The notes beneath the pieces were generated by a model, which had not been told where the DNA came from, searched no databases, and saw only the letters and a program-made list of their open reading frames with translations. DNA of 29,157 nt from Candidatus Iainarchaeum sp. (GTDB lineage Archaea > Iainarchaeota > Iainarchaeia > Iainarchaeales > DTGL01), in assembly GCA_038736825.1 (NCBI GenBank), contig JAVYME010000001.1, positions 13,541 through 42,697 on the forward strand, given 5' to 3'. How positions within the stretch are numbered: position 1 is the first letter of the stretch; every line of letters starts with the position of its first letter. Positions 13,202 to 22,067 of the stretch are shown in pieces. The position numbers and the translations under genes are program-made.

Positions 13202-16200
13202 ATGAGCTCCCTGAAAGACTTGTACTATCATTTAGAAGACAGATATTATGAAGTAATAGACAAAATAAGCGCTAAAATTCCAATAAACAAGATAACCGAT
13301 GCAATAGACAAAGTCTTTCCAAGCTTTGCATTGCTGCTCTTAATAATTGCCGCTCTCCTCTTATACTTGATATTCATTTTCTTGCTGCCAGTCATTTCAG
13401 CCAAACCAGGAGTCCTCTCGCTAACAGTAAAAGACACTCAAAAAAACCCGCTTGAAGGAATAATTGTAAAAATAACCTATGGAAAAGAAACAACAGAATT
13501 CAAAACCGACAGTGAAGGCAAAATCCCTGACTTCAATGTATTCATTGGAGACACAGTCAAAAAAGTCTGGATTGAACCCGACAAAGAAGACTACAAATTC
13601 AAAACCCCTTCAAGTGGAGAAATCTCTGAAATAAAAATAGAAAAAGAAAGAACAACCCTGTCCTTTGTTTTGGAAGAAATAATAAAAACAAAAGAAATAA
13701 CCATTAAACTAATTGACTCCAAAACAGGCGGGCTTTTAAGCGACAAAAAAGCCTATGCTGACATTTCCTGCACAGACCCAAGCCTTAAAGCACCAGGGCC
13801 AGTGACAATTGAAAGAGGCGTTCTAACAGTAACACTGCCAATTAACTGCATTCCCAGGCTGGATGTAAGAATGGATGGCTACAAGCGATGGAACAACACC
13901 ATTGGGCCTGACGGAATAGTAAAACTTGAAGCCGAAGAACCCATTGTGCCGCCTGAACCAAAAACAGGAGATCTCACAGTAAACCTTTACTATGACAAGG
14001 ACAAAAGCAAGCGCGTCACCGAAGAAATAAAAGTCAACCTTTACATGGTTGAAGAAGGCGCAATAGACAGCAGTCCAATAGACAATAAAACCACTTTAAG
14101 CGGGCAAGTGCAATTCAAGGAACTCCAGCCAGGGCAATACAAAGTGAAAAGCATTGCAACAGAAACCCTGACAGGCGAAGAATCAACCACAATTTATGTA
14201 AACGCAGGCGACAAAAAAACCACTTCTTTATACTTGAAAGACAGAATCATTGGCTATATAAAACTAAAAATAATTGATGAAACCTCTGAAGCTCCAGTTA
14301 AAGATGCAAGGCTCACCCTCAAAAAAGGCCTTGTGGAAGTGGAAAGCGGGCTTACAAAAGAAACCGGGGAATACACTTTCAGCCTAAAAGAAGACACTAA
14401 ATACAATCTCGTCATAGACAAGGAAGGCTATTGCCTAACCAAGCTTTCAGAGCTAACCAAAGGCAATGACATAAAGCAAATAAAGCTCAAAAAATACACT
14501 GGGCTTGCAAGCCAGTGCGGTGGCGCACTCATAGTGAAAGTGCAAAACGAGGCAGGGCAAGGCATTCAAGGCGCAATAGTAATGTTGTTTGACAAGGAAG
14601 GCTATTACACTGGAACCCAGAGGACAACCGACATAAACGGAGAAGCAAAATTCACAGGCATTTCAAACGGCACATACAAGGCATTCGCTTATCGCGGATA
14701 CAGCAAGGGCTGGAGTGAAACAACAGAATACAATGTAAGGGAAGGCGCAGAAAAAGACCTTTTAGTGACCATGGTGATGCAAAACGGCACACTCAATGTA
14801 AAAATACTTGATTTGGACAAAAAACCATTACAGTACTCTTTCATCACCCTCAAAAAAGCATTCAATGATGAAAAAATTGCTGGGCCAAAAATAGTGGAAA
14901 ACGAAGACGGCACAATCTCGTTTGACGTCATTGCAGGCGAACCAGTGTTCTTTGTAATCCAAAAAGAAGGCTATTCAACGCTTGTATCACAACCAGTAAC
15001 CGTGGAACCAGGTGCAACCAAGGACTTGAACTTCATGCTTGAAATAATGCGCATAAGCGGAGAAGTGAAAGGCGAATTCTTGGGATTGTTTAAAAACAAC
15101 AAGAGAGTTTCAATTGCAGGCGCAGGAGAAGAATACACAGCAAAATTCAGGCTTTCAATGCCTGAAAACGCTGGCTATGAAAAAGTCGGATTGCATGTAA
15201 GAACAGGCTATTCAAGCAAAATGGAATTAGACCACATTTACATAAAAGAAGAAAAAGTTCCAGGCAATCCAAACATTTTGAAAGGCACCTCTTTTGACAA
15301 AACACAGGGAATAAACATAGACTCGCAGTTTTTGAGCGCTGACGGCTCAAAATGGATGAACTTTGAATGGTCCAATTACACTAAAGGGCACATATACTTG
15401 GAACTAATAATAAAAGTCAGGGACACAGCCAAACCGGATTCTGAACTTCCAATTTTTTGGCGCGCATGGGGCAAAAAAGGAAACCAGATTGCAAGAGACC
15501 CAAAAGATGTTTCTCTTGGAACAACAGAATCACCGCAAGACCTTTACGCAGACGCTTACAAGAAAACCTTCCAGGTTGGCACAGAAACCCTTTGCACTGA
15601 AAAATGGTGTTATTCGGTAAAAATTCTAGACATAGAGGAAGACCTGGTGCGCTCCATAGACAACACGTATTCTGCAAAAGTCGGCAGGCCTTACAGGCTT
15701 TCCTTCAGCATTCTCAACAACAGCAGAAGTGAAACCGACACATTCCACAACGTGAGCGCAAAAATCTGGAATCCAGAGGAAGCAATAGAATTTGGCAAAT
15801 ACAATTTCACAGGCGAACTATCCATAGACGGAAACGCGCAAGGCAGTGAAACCCCAAGCGCAATGATTGGCACTATTGCCCCAAACAGAGAAGTAAGAGG
15901 CACTCTTTACTTTACACCAAAAACAAGCATTTCCTCCACATTAAGGATTAGACTGCATGACCCGGACAGGCATGAAAACATATTTGAAAAAGAAATAACA
16001 ATAGAAGTGCTTGCAGCAGAGCAATTCAAGATATTGTTTGAAAAAGACGGCGAATACGGTGACACTCCGCCAACACTGCCCAGCGGCATAGAAAACGAAA
16101 TAAAGGTAAAAGTGCAAAGGGCTCGCGACGGGCTTGAAGTGAGTGGTGCAACAGTAAAGCTTCAAAACAAGTTTGGCGACACTCTTTCACAGACAACAAC

Positions 16201-19200
16201 AACAGGCTTTGGAATTGCAATAATAACAATTCCAATCCTTGCACCAGGGCAAAAACTCTTTGTGGTTGCAGAAAAACCAGACTATCAAGCACTAAAAAAA
16301 GAAATAACAGTTGACACTTCAGTCCTGGAAGTGAAACCAGACAAGGTTTCATTCAATTTGAGCGTAATAGACTTGCTCCCTGACACAAAAACAATCGCGT
16401 TAACCAATTTAACCCAGATGGAATTAACCCTTTCAGACATCAAGTTCACAGGCGACTTTTCAGGCTTAGTGGACGAAGCCAAAGCAAATGAATGGCTGCG
16501 CACAGAATACCTGGGCAAAAAAATTCCATCCAAGGAAAAAATTGAAATTGCCTCCAAAGCAGAATTAAGCGATTTGGGAAAAATAACCGAAACAAGCCAG
16601 ACACTCAAGGGAAAAATAGTCTTCACTGTTTCAGCAATGGGGCAATCATGGGTGTTCCAAACAGAAACAACAATTGCAATCGCCCTTGGAGGCGAAGTCG
16701 ACGACCCCAACTGTTTCACAGTAGACAAAGCATCCTGGCAGTCAATAACCCAAGGAAAAGAAACAGCCACAGACATAAAAATCTCCAATTCTTGCACTGT
16801 AAAAGGAAAACCAGTTGAACTCAAAAACATTTCAGCAAAAATTGAATGGAAAAGCAACCGCCTTGGAGATGTATGGGTAAAAATCCAAGACATAGCAATA
16901 GCCCTCAAAGGCAATTACCCGAAAATCATGAGAGGCTCGCTTGAAAAAGAAAGCGACATGACCGGAATGATTTCCTTCATTCCAGATGCGGGCATAGTTG
17001 GCACAGCAGAAGCAACAATCACCTTCACAGCAGAACACCCCACAAGCGGCGGAAAACAGATTTTAAGCGATTCAATGGACATTTCAATAAAAATAATAAA
17101 CATGGCAGGCTGCTTGAAGTTTGACAAAGACTTAATCAAAATAATGGAAGGAGAAGAAGGCGCTTTCACCATAGAAGCCACAGAAAACTGTGGCGGCAAT
17201 GTAGACCTGCAATTGGACACAGAACTCATGACTTCAGCGAAAAAGTTTTCCTTGAAAGTAGGCGAAACAAAAGAAATAACAGTGCAATCCCTTGAAAACT
17301 ATCCAGGCGCATACCCCATCTATGTTTTCGCCAAAGGACCAGGGCAAAGCGAATACAGTTTCACAAAACTTGTAAGAGTAATAATAGAAACAGAGGGATG
17401 CATAAGGCTAAGCCAGTACGAGTTCGACATACAAGACTGTGAAAACAATCCCTATGACGGATTCGACACCGCCAAAATAATAAACGTCTGCCATTCAAAA
17501 ACAGTCAACGCACAAGTTAAATTCAGCGAAAAAGACTGGCTAAAAGCATTCTTGAACTCTTGGCCTTGGGCTATAGGCGGCTTCCTATACGGAGGCTTGA
17601 ACGCAATGAGCCAAGGCAAAACCTTTTGGGGCACAGACAAGCCTGAAACAACTTGTTCAAAAACAGGATTGCAGTATTGTTCTGGAAAAATGATGTGCAA
17701 AAACGACAACATAAAACAGGTTGGCAGCGTAATCTGCTGCGCTTCAGAATGCGTTACCGGAGAACAAGGCAAAACCTTGAGGGACGAAATGTGCGAAAAG
17801 AAAGGGTATATTTATTGCGCTACAGGCAAATGCGTTGGCGAACCAGTGCCAGTGAGCGGAATATATTGTTGCAAAGGCAAATGCCAAGACCAGTTTGAAA
17901 TAGAAGAATTCACCAAAATCTGCAAAAAACACGGCTTCCAGTACTGCAAAGAAGGAGACGAATGCTCTGACAAATTTGAATGGGTTGAAGGAGTGCACTG
18001 TTGCACTGGAAAATGCAGTCCACCGGAAAAAACCCCGCAAACAATGGCTTGCTCTGCAAAAGGCTTGAAATTCTGCAATGAATCCAATGGCTGGGTTTGC
18101 CCGAGCGGTCAAGAAGTAATAGACGAACAAAAACACGTAAAATGCTGTGCAACAGACTGCATAAGGCAAGAGGAAAAAACCTGGGTTTGCAAGGAAAACG
18201 AAACCTGTCCAAGAGGCACAAAAGACAAATGCCTTGAACCATGCACTCCGCCAGTGCAAGAAATGACAACCGAAGACGAAAAATGCAAATCAGAAAGCCC
18301 CAATTACGATTTTTGCCAGAAAGGAGAAGCATGCCTTAGCGGAACAATCAAAGTGCAAGGAATAGATTGCTGCAAGAGCATGTGCGTTGACCCAACCAAT
18401 CCAGACTATTACAACCAAGCCTGCAAAGCCTTTGACTCCAGTTACAGGTTTTGCGATAGCAGAACAGAAAAATGCTCGGTAACCCCAAAAACAATAACAG
18501 ATCCAGCAACCAAAAAACCCGGACTGGAATGCTGTCCAAAGGAATGCACTCCACTGGAACCAGAAGAAGAAACAGAAGAAGAAGAGGAAGAAGAAGAGGA
18601 AACACCACCGGTTTCAGAAGACCAATCCCGCACTTGCCTGCAAGCAGTGGGAATAATTGTAGTCGTCAAACCAGATGGCTCAAACTGGAAAGTGGAAGAA
18701 ATATGCAGCAATCCAGAAGAACCGGTTTTCAGTCATTACTGCCATTTAGGCAAGTGCATGACAGGCACTGAAATCTGCAAAACCACAAACGGTTACCCCA
18801 ACTTTTGCAATATAAGAAACGGTTACACTTGCCCGGAAGGCCAAGGCGTATGGTTAAAAGAAAAAGAAGGATGGCAATCACACTTGTGCTGCAAACAGGA
18901 ATGCGTAAAACAAACACCAAAATGCGTTGAAGGAGCAGAAAAAGGCTATGAATGCTCTTCTGACGGAAAAACACTTTTAGTGAGAAAAACCCACGCGGAT
19001 TGCAGTGAATACACTGAAACATTTGAAGATTGTTCAGCCAAAGGAATGCAATGCAAGGGAACCGAATGCGTTGCCACTGAAACAAGCAGGGGCGCAACAC
19101 AAGATTATGCAACGCTTGACGCACAATGCAAAAGCTTTGGCTATGGCGAGTACTGCCCGCAAGGAAACATTTGCGAAAAAGGCGGTTGCTCGAGCTGTCC

Positions 19201-22027
19201 AAACACTTACCCGATAAATGTCTCCTCAGGACTATCCTGTTGCGGTACAGGCAGGTATTGCAGCATAAGAAAACAACAATTCAGTCCAACAACCACTTTG
19301 ACACAACAACAAATCTGTGATGGTGCAGGAATGGGTCCGGCTTGCACAACTGAGTGCAGTCCCTGCACTGGAGAAAGTTGCGGAATGCCAATAAAACCAC
19401 AAACAGCCACTTACAATGGTCAAACCGCCTCTTGTTGCCCTGCAGAAACAGTTATTAACGGCAAAATAGCATCCTATAATTGTGTAGCCCAAACAGCAGT
19501 CCAGCCACAATTGCCTTTCATGCCTGTTGCGCTTGCAACTGCTGGCAGCCTGCTGGATTTGGGTGGCTCCCTCTTTGGAACGCTGAACACTGCAATAAAT
19601 TCAGTGCTTGGCATTGACAATCCATGGATGGGTGCTTTGGTGGGCACAATTGCCGGCACATTCTATAATTATTCACAGCAAAAGGAAGGCGTGCTGCCCT
19701 ACATGACAACCGCGAGAGACTTGAACGTTTTGTCAGTGAAACTGTTCATTCCAATGGGTTTAGAGGAAAAACCTGAAACACAAATAATTGTGGAAACAGG
19801 CACTGTTTCGAAAAAACCCAACAAGGATTTCCCGTTAGGGCAAGAGGAAACAGAACTAGTGTTCAAAAACAATGGAATAAAACAGGAAGAACCCTACAAG
19901 CCGATTTTCCGCACCTTTAAAGTGGAAGGCGAAAAATACGATTACAACACAGAATTCGAGGTTAAAATGGAAAAAGACGCTGAAAAGCTCAAAAAAGGGC
20001 AATTCCTTGAAGTGAAAACCAAGGAAGGCTTCACTCAAAAATTCCACTTGCAATTCAATGCTTATTGCGCTAAAGAAACCCCGCCAGTTGTCCAAGAAGA
20101 GGTTTCCTGCATGATTGGCGACATGACTGGAATAACCGGGCCAAATGCAGTGCCAAAGGTGTTGTTCAAATGGGATTGGTCAAGCATTAAGGAAAACACT
20201 TGCGATGAAGACGGAGAAGGCATGTATTGTGATGCCACACAGTTCTCCATAGAATTACTGAAAAAAATCAACCAAGTGGACACTCTTTTAAGGGGACAGT
20301 CTTTCGCTTGCCCTGAAATTGAAGGCGCTGTAAGCGACAAATCACAGCCATTAAGCCAAAACGACAAAGATGTTGGGCTTACCAGGATAAGGATTGCAAA
20401 GGACGGCAAAAATGCAAAAGTGATTGGAACCATTGAAAGCAACAATCAAACAGAAATGACTGTAAAAGGCGTTATTTCGCTCACAAAACAGGGCACCACT
20501 TCAATAATTGCATGCCCTGAAGCGCCAAACGGCGAAAAAGCAGTGCAGGTTACAAGCAGAGAGGAAATGGATTGCACTTTCAGCAGCCTGCAAGACGGCA
20601 TTTACACTGCAAGCATTCAAATCCTGCCACAGCTTTCAACCTGCAAAGCCGAATGCAAGAACGCAGAAACAGCCAATGACAGAATCGAGGTTTTAATGGT
20701 TATTGGCTCTGGCGCTCCAGCAAAATGCGAGCCTTATTCGACTGCAAGGCTTGGAGAATACGCAATCGCAAACCCAGGCAATGCCAACCTCAAAAAAGCA
20801 GCGGATTTAACCAATTTCAAGGCAAACCTTATAATGGACGGTTATACCACTGATTTCAGAAACGACTTTGACGAATTCGCGCACAAAAACGATTTCTTTA
20901 ACACGCCATCCTATTACAAGGGCGACACTGGCTTATGGAAATACTTTAAAAACCCAGACTTAATGCAATTCGAATCACCATTCCTGAGACCAGAATCAGG
21001 ATACTTGTTGAGCGGAAAATACCAGGTAAGCATTGAAATAGAATACAAGGATTCCTCTTGGTCTCTCTTCAAGGGAACAGAGCCAAACGCAAAAATAAAA
21101 GTAAAACTCAACAAGCTTGTAAGCACTGCTCCAGACTCGCCATTCTATTACATGCCATTCAATGGCCTCATTGGAGTGGAAAGCAATAATGGAAGGCAAG
21201 GCTATGGCGTAAACTATAGGCAGGACTCTCTTGCAACAATAAACGTGAACGAGGACCCAAAACAACTCATAAGGACAAGCACTATTGCCATGAGCTCAAC
21301 CATACCTGGCGCTTGGGTTTACACTGCAAAAAGCAACAATTTCCGCACCCTCAACAATGACAAGCGCGGAGTAGTGCTTGACGTTGAACGCTCTTCCTCA
21401 GAATCAAGCATTGTTTTAAGCCCAAGCAATGCAACCCCGCTCATCCTAAAAGTCTCAGGAGGCAAATCCGATAGAGCGTGGGCTTTCTATTCAATGACAA
21501 TAGACGGTGAACCCCAAATAACTGGCTCCAGCCTTACAACTTGGACTGGCTTTACCAGGGGTTGCAGGGATTTCACCGACAAAGAAATAACCGAAACCTA
21601 TATGAACCGAAAAGACTTGCATGGCGGGATTTCCAGCGAGCAAACCTGTGCGCCAGTGCAAAGAAAAAGCGATTACGGCCTTGAATGGTGTGACGTGAAA
21701 AGACAAGGCAATGTTTTGCTGAAAACAGTTCTTTTCACTCCACAAGGCTCTGAAGCATTCATTGAATTGACAGACAGCCAGGACGACGCAGTCTTTATTG
21801 CTCCAGGCACTGCTGGAGGCAAAAAGGTTCACTTGAGCGGCATTTATGCAGGACGCATTGAATCCATTGAAAAAGTGTTCGAACTAGTAAAAGCAGAGGA
21901 CATTTGCGTTGCCGGTGTCGGCAATTCAGCGAAAACAGTCTTTTTCTGGAACCCGAAAGTGATAATAGAAAAATCATTAAAGCAATACATTGACAATGCA
22001 ACCAATGAATGCATTCTGCCCAAATAA
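13202..22027 (+). CDS. Giant membrane-anchored surface protein, paralog with an internal ~610-aa Cys-rich repeat array (2,941 aa).
   Basis: The track ORF is 13190..22027 (GTG). The ATG at 13202 is preceded by GGTGA (13189..13193) with an 8-nt spacer, and it gives the N-terminus M-S-S-L-K-D-L-Y-Y, which aligns with the N-termini of the other two complete paralogs. Stop TAA 22025..22027. Confidence 0.92.
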   Translation: MSSLKDLYYHLEDRYYEVIDKISAKIPINKITDAIDKVFPSFALLLLIIAALLLYLIFIFLLPVISAKPGVLSLTVKDTQKNPLEGIIVKITYGKETTEFKTDSEGKIPDFNVFIGDTVKKVWIEPDKEDYKFKTPSSGEISEIKIEKERTTLSFVLEEIIKTKEITIKLIDSKTGGLLSDKKAYADISCTDPSLKAPGPVTIERGVLTVTLPINCIPRLDVRMDGYKRWNNTIGPDGIVKLEAEEPIVPPEPKTGDLTVNLYYDKDKSKRVTEEIKVNLYMVEEGAIDSSPIDNKTTLSGQVQFKELQPGQYKVKSIATETLTGEESTTIYVNAGDKKTTSLYLKDRIIGYIKLKIIDETSEAPVKDARLTLKKGLVEVESGLTKETGEYTFSLKEDTKYNLVIDKEGYCLTKLSELTKGNDIKQIKLKKYTGLASQCGGALIVKVQNEAGQGIQGAIVMLFDKEGYYTGTQRTTDINGEAKFTGISNGTYKAFAYRGYSKGWSETTEYNVREGAEKDLLVTMVMQNGTLNVKILDLDKKPLQYSFITLKKAFNDEKIAGPKIVENEDGTISFDVIAGEPVFFVIQKEGYSTLVSQPVTVEPGATKDLNFMLEIMRISGEVKGEFLGLFKNNKRVSIAGAGEEYTAKFRLSMPENAGYEKVGLHVRTGYSSKMELDHIYIKEEKVPGNPNILKGTSFDKTQGINIDSQFLSADGSKWMNFEWSNYTKGHIYLELIIKVRDTAKPDSELPIFWRAWGKKGNQIARDPKDVSLGTTESPQDLYADAYKKTFQVGTETLCTEKWCYSVKILDIEEDLVRSIDNTYSAKVGRPYRLSFSILNNSRSETDTFHNVSAKIWNPEEAIEFGKYNFTGELSIDGNAQGSETPSAMIGTIAPNREVRGTLYFTPKTSISSTLRIRLHDPDRHENIFEKEITIEVLAAEQFKILFEKDGEYGDTPPTLPSGIENEIKVKVQRARDGLEVSGATVKLQNKFGDTLSQTTTTGFGIAIITIPILAPGQKLFVVAEKPDYQALKKEITVDTSVLEVKPDKVSFNLSVIDLLPDTKTIALTNLTQMELTLSDIKFTGDFSGLVDEAKANEWLRTEYLGKKIPSKEKIEIASKAELSDLGKITETSQTLKGKIVFTVSAMGQSWVFQTETTIAIALGGEVDDPNCFTVDKASWQSITQGKETATDIKISNSCTVKGKPVELKNISAKIEWKSNRLGDVWVKIQDIAIALKGNYPKIMRGSLEKESDMTGMISFIPDAGIVGTAEATITFTAEHPTSGGKQILSDSMDISIKIINMAGCLKFDKDLIKIMEGEEGAFTIEATENCGGNVDLQLDTELMTSAKKFSLKVGETKEITVQSLENYPGAYPIYVFAKGPGQSEYSFTKLVRVIIETEGCIRLSQYEFDIQDCENNPYDGFDTAKIINVCHSKTVNAQVKFSEKDWLKAFLNSWPWAIGGFLYGGLNAMSQGKTFWGTDKPETTCSKTGLQYCSGKMMCKNDNIKQVGSVICCASECVTGEQGKTLRDEMCEKKGYIYCATGKCVGEPVPVSGIYCCKGKCQDQFEIEEFTKICKKHGFQYCKEGDECSDKFEWVEGVHCCTGKCSPPEKTPQTMACSAKGLKFCNESNGWVCPSGQEVIDEQKHVKCCATDCIRQEEKTWVCKENETCPRGTKDKCLEPCTPPVQEMTTEDEKCKSESPNYDFCQKGEACLSGTIKVQGIDCCKSMCVDPTNPDYYNQACKAFDSSYRFCDSRTEKCSVTPKTITDPATKKPGLECCPKECTPLEPEEETEEEEEEEEETPPVSEDQSRTCLQAVGIIVVVKPDGSNWKVEEICSNPEEPVFSHYCHLGKCMTGTEICKTTNGYPNFCNIRNGYTCPEGQGVWLKEKEGWQSHLCCKQECVKQTPKCVEGAEKGYECSSDGKTLLVRKTHADCSEYTETFEDCSAKGMQCKGTECVATETSRGATQDYATLDAQCKSFGYGEYCPQGNICEKGGCSSCPNTYPINVSSGLSCCGTGRYCSIRKQQFSPTTTLTQQQICDGAGMGPACTTECSPCTGESCGMPIKPQTATYNGQTASCCPAETVINGKIASYNCVAQTAVQPQLPFMPVALATAGSLLDLGGSLFGTLNTAINSVLGIDNPWMGALVGTIAGTFYNYSQQKEGVLPYMTTARDLNVLSVKLFIPMGLEEKPETQIIVETGTVSKKPNKDFPLGQEETELVFKNNGIKQEEPYKPIFRTFKVEGEKYDYNTEFEVKMEKDAEKLKKGQFLEVKTKEGFTQKFHLQFNAYCAKETPPVVQEEVSCMIGDMTGITGPNAVPKVLFKWDWSSIKENTCDEDGEGMYCDATQFSIELLKKINQVDTLLRGQSFACPEIEGAVSDKSQPLSQNDKDVGLTRIRIAKDGKNAKVIGTIESNNQTEMTVKGVISLTKQGTTSIIACPEAPNGEKAVQVTSREEMDCTFSSLQDGIYTASIQILPQLSTCKAECKNAETANDRIEVLMVIGSGAPAKCEPYSTARLGEYAIANPGNANLKKAADLTNFKANLIMDGYTTDFRNDFDEFAHKNDFFNTPSYYKGDTGLWKYFKNPDLMQFESPFLRPESGYLLSGKYQVSIEIEYKDSSWSLFKGTEPNAKIKVKLNKLVSTAPDSPFYYMPFNGLIGVESNNGRQGYGVNYRQDSLATINVNEDPKQLIRTSTIAMSSTIPGAWVYTAKSNNFRTLNNDKRGVVLDVERSSSESSIVLSPSNATPLILKVSGGKSDRAWAFYSMTIDGEPQITGSSLTTWTGFTRGCRDFTDKEITETYMNRKDLHGGISSEQTCAPVQRKSDYGLEWCDVKRQGNVLLKTVLFTPQGSEAFIELTDSQDDAVFIAPGTAGGKKVHLSGIYAGRIESIEKVFELVKAEDICVAGVGNSAKTVFFWNPKVIIEKSLKQYIDNATNECILPK
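13322..13396 (+). other. N-terminal TM anchor of the 13202 giant.
   Basis: S-F-A-L-L-L-L-I-I-A-A-L-L-L-Y-L-I-F-I-F-L-L-P-V-I follows a ~40-aa charged tail containing A-K-I-P-I. Confidence 0.75.
13406..15040 (+). repeat. Six tandem beta-sandwich repeats (carboxypeptidase-regulatory-like) at protein level.
   Basis: One example is GGALIVKVQNEAGQGIQGAIVMLFDKEGYYTGTQRTTDINGEAKFTGISNGTYKAFAYRGYS. The number and position are the same as in the two other complete paralogs. Confidence 0.65.
15188..15646 (+). other. Conserved ~155-aa domain of unknown function (copy in the 13202 giant).
   Basis: G-L-H-V-R-T-G ... K-W-M-N-F-E-W ... F-W-R-A-W-G ... D-P-K-D-V-S-L-G ... D-L-Y-A-D-A-Y ... C-T-E-K-W-C. Confidence 0.7.
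17537..17609 (+). other. Gly/Trp-rich hydrophobic segment H1 preceding the Cys array.
   Basis: W-L-K-A-F-L-N-S-W-P-W-A-I-G-G-F-L-Y-G-G-L-N-A-M. Confidence 0.6.
17654..19483 (+). repeat. Array of about nine degenerate 40-55-aa six-cysteine modules (~610 aa, ~70 Cys) inside the 13202 giant.
   Basis: The recurrent pattern is C-x(3,6)-G-[FYL]-x-[YF]-C-x(3,7)-C-x(8,20)-C-C-x(3)-C. Examples are CSKTGLQYCSGKMMCKNDNIKQVGSVICCASEC, CEKKGYIYCATGKCVGEPVPVSGIYCCKGKC, CKKHGFQYCKEGDECSDKFEWVEGVHCCTGKC, CSAKGLKFCNESNGWVCPSG...KCCATDC, C..NYDFCQKGEACLSG...DCCKSMC, C..YRFCDSRTEKC...ECCPKEC and C..YPNFCNIRNGYTCPEG...LCCKQEC. Confidence 0.85.
18557..18602 (+). repeat. Acidic tract E-P-E-E-E-T-E(9) encoded by a GAA/GAG purine run.
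   Basis: The sequence is gaa cca gaa gaa gaa aca followed by nine gaa/gag codons (18575..18601). An uninterrupted 29-nt purine run spans 18574..18602. It lies between Cys modules 6 and 7. Confidence 0.9.
19511..19667 (+). other. Gly-rich hydrophobic segment(s) H2 following the Cys array.
   Basis: L-P-F-M-P-V-A-L-A-T-A-G-S-L-L-D-L-G-G-S-L-F-G-T-L-N-T-A-I-N-S-V-L-G-I-D-N-P-W-M-G-A-L-V-G-T-I-A-G-T-F-Y. Confidence 0.6.
20156..22024 (+). other. Conserved C-terminal module (copy in the 13202 giant, ~620 aa).
   Basis: K-V-L-F-K-W-D-W (20156), C-D-A-T-Q-F-S (20228), F-K-A-N-L-I-M-D-G-Y-T-T-D-F, P-F-Y-Y-M-P-F-N-G (21140..21166), N-G-R-Q-G-Y-G-V-N-Y, and I-E-S-I-E-K-V-F-E-L-V-K-A-E-D-I-C-V. Confidence 0.7.
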
Positions 22028-22028
22028 C

Positions 22029-22067
22029 GCGCTTCAAAAAAAAGCCCTAAAAAGGCTTTAAAAGCGC
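22029..22067 (+). terminator. Nested stem-loop immediately after the stop of the 13202..22027 gene; candidate terminator or RNA-processing/stability element.
   Basis: The outer stem is GCGCTT (22029..22034) paired with AAGCGC (22062..22067). The inner stem is AAAGCC (22041..22046) paired with GGCTTT (22054..22059), with a 7-nt loop ctaaaaa. It starts 2 nt after TAA and has no long U-tract after it. Confidence 0.4.

Noticed and set aside
18542-18610. The GAA-rich run, considered as a nucleotide-level tandem repeat, microsatellite or regulatory element.
   Set aside because: It is in frame and encodes a poly-Glu hinge inside an ORF. I report it as a coding low-complexity tract rather than as a separate genetic element.
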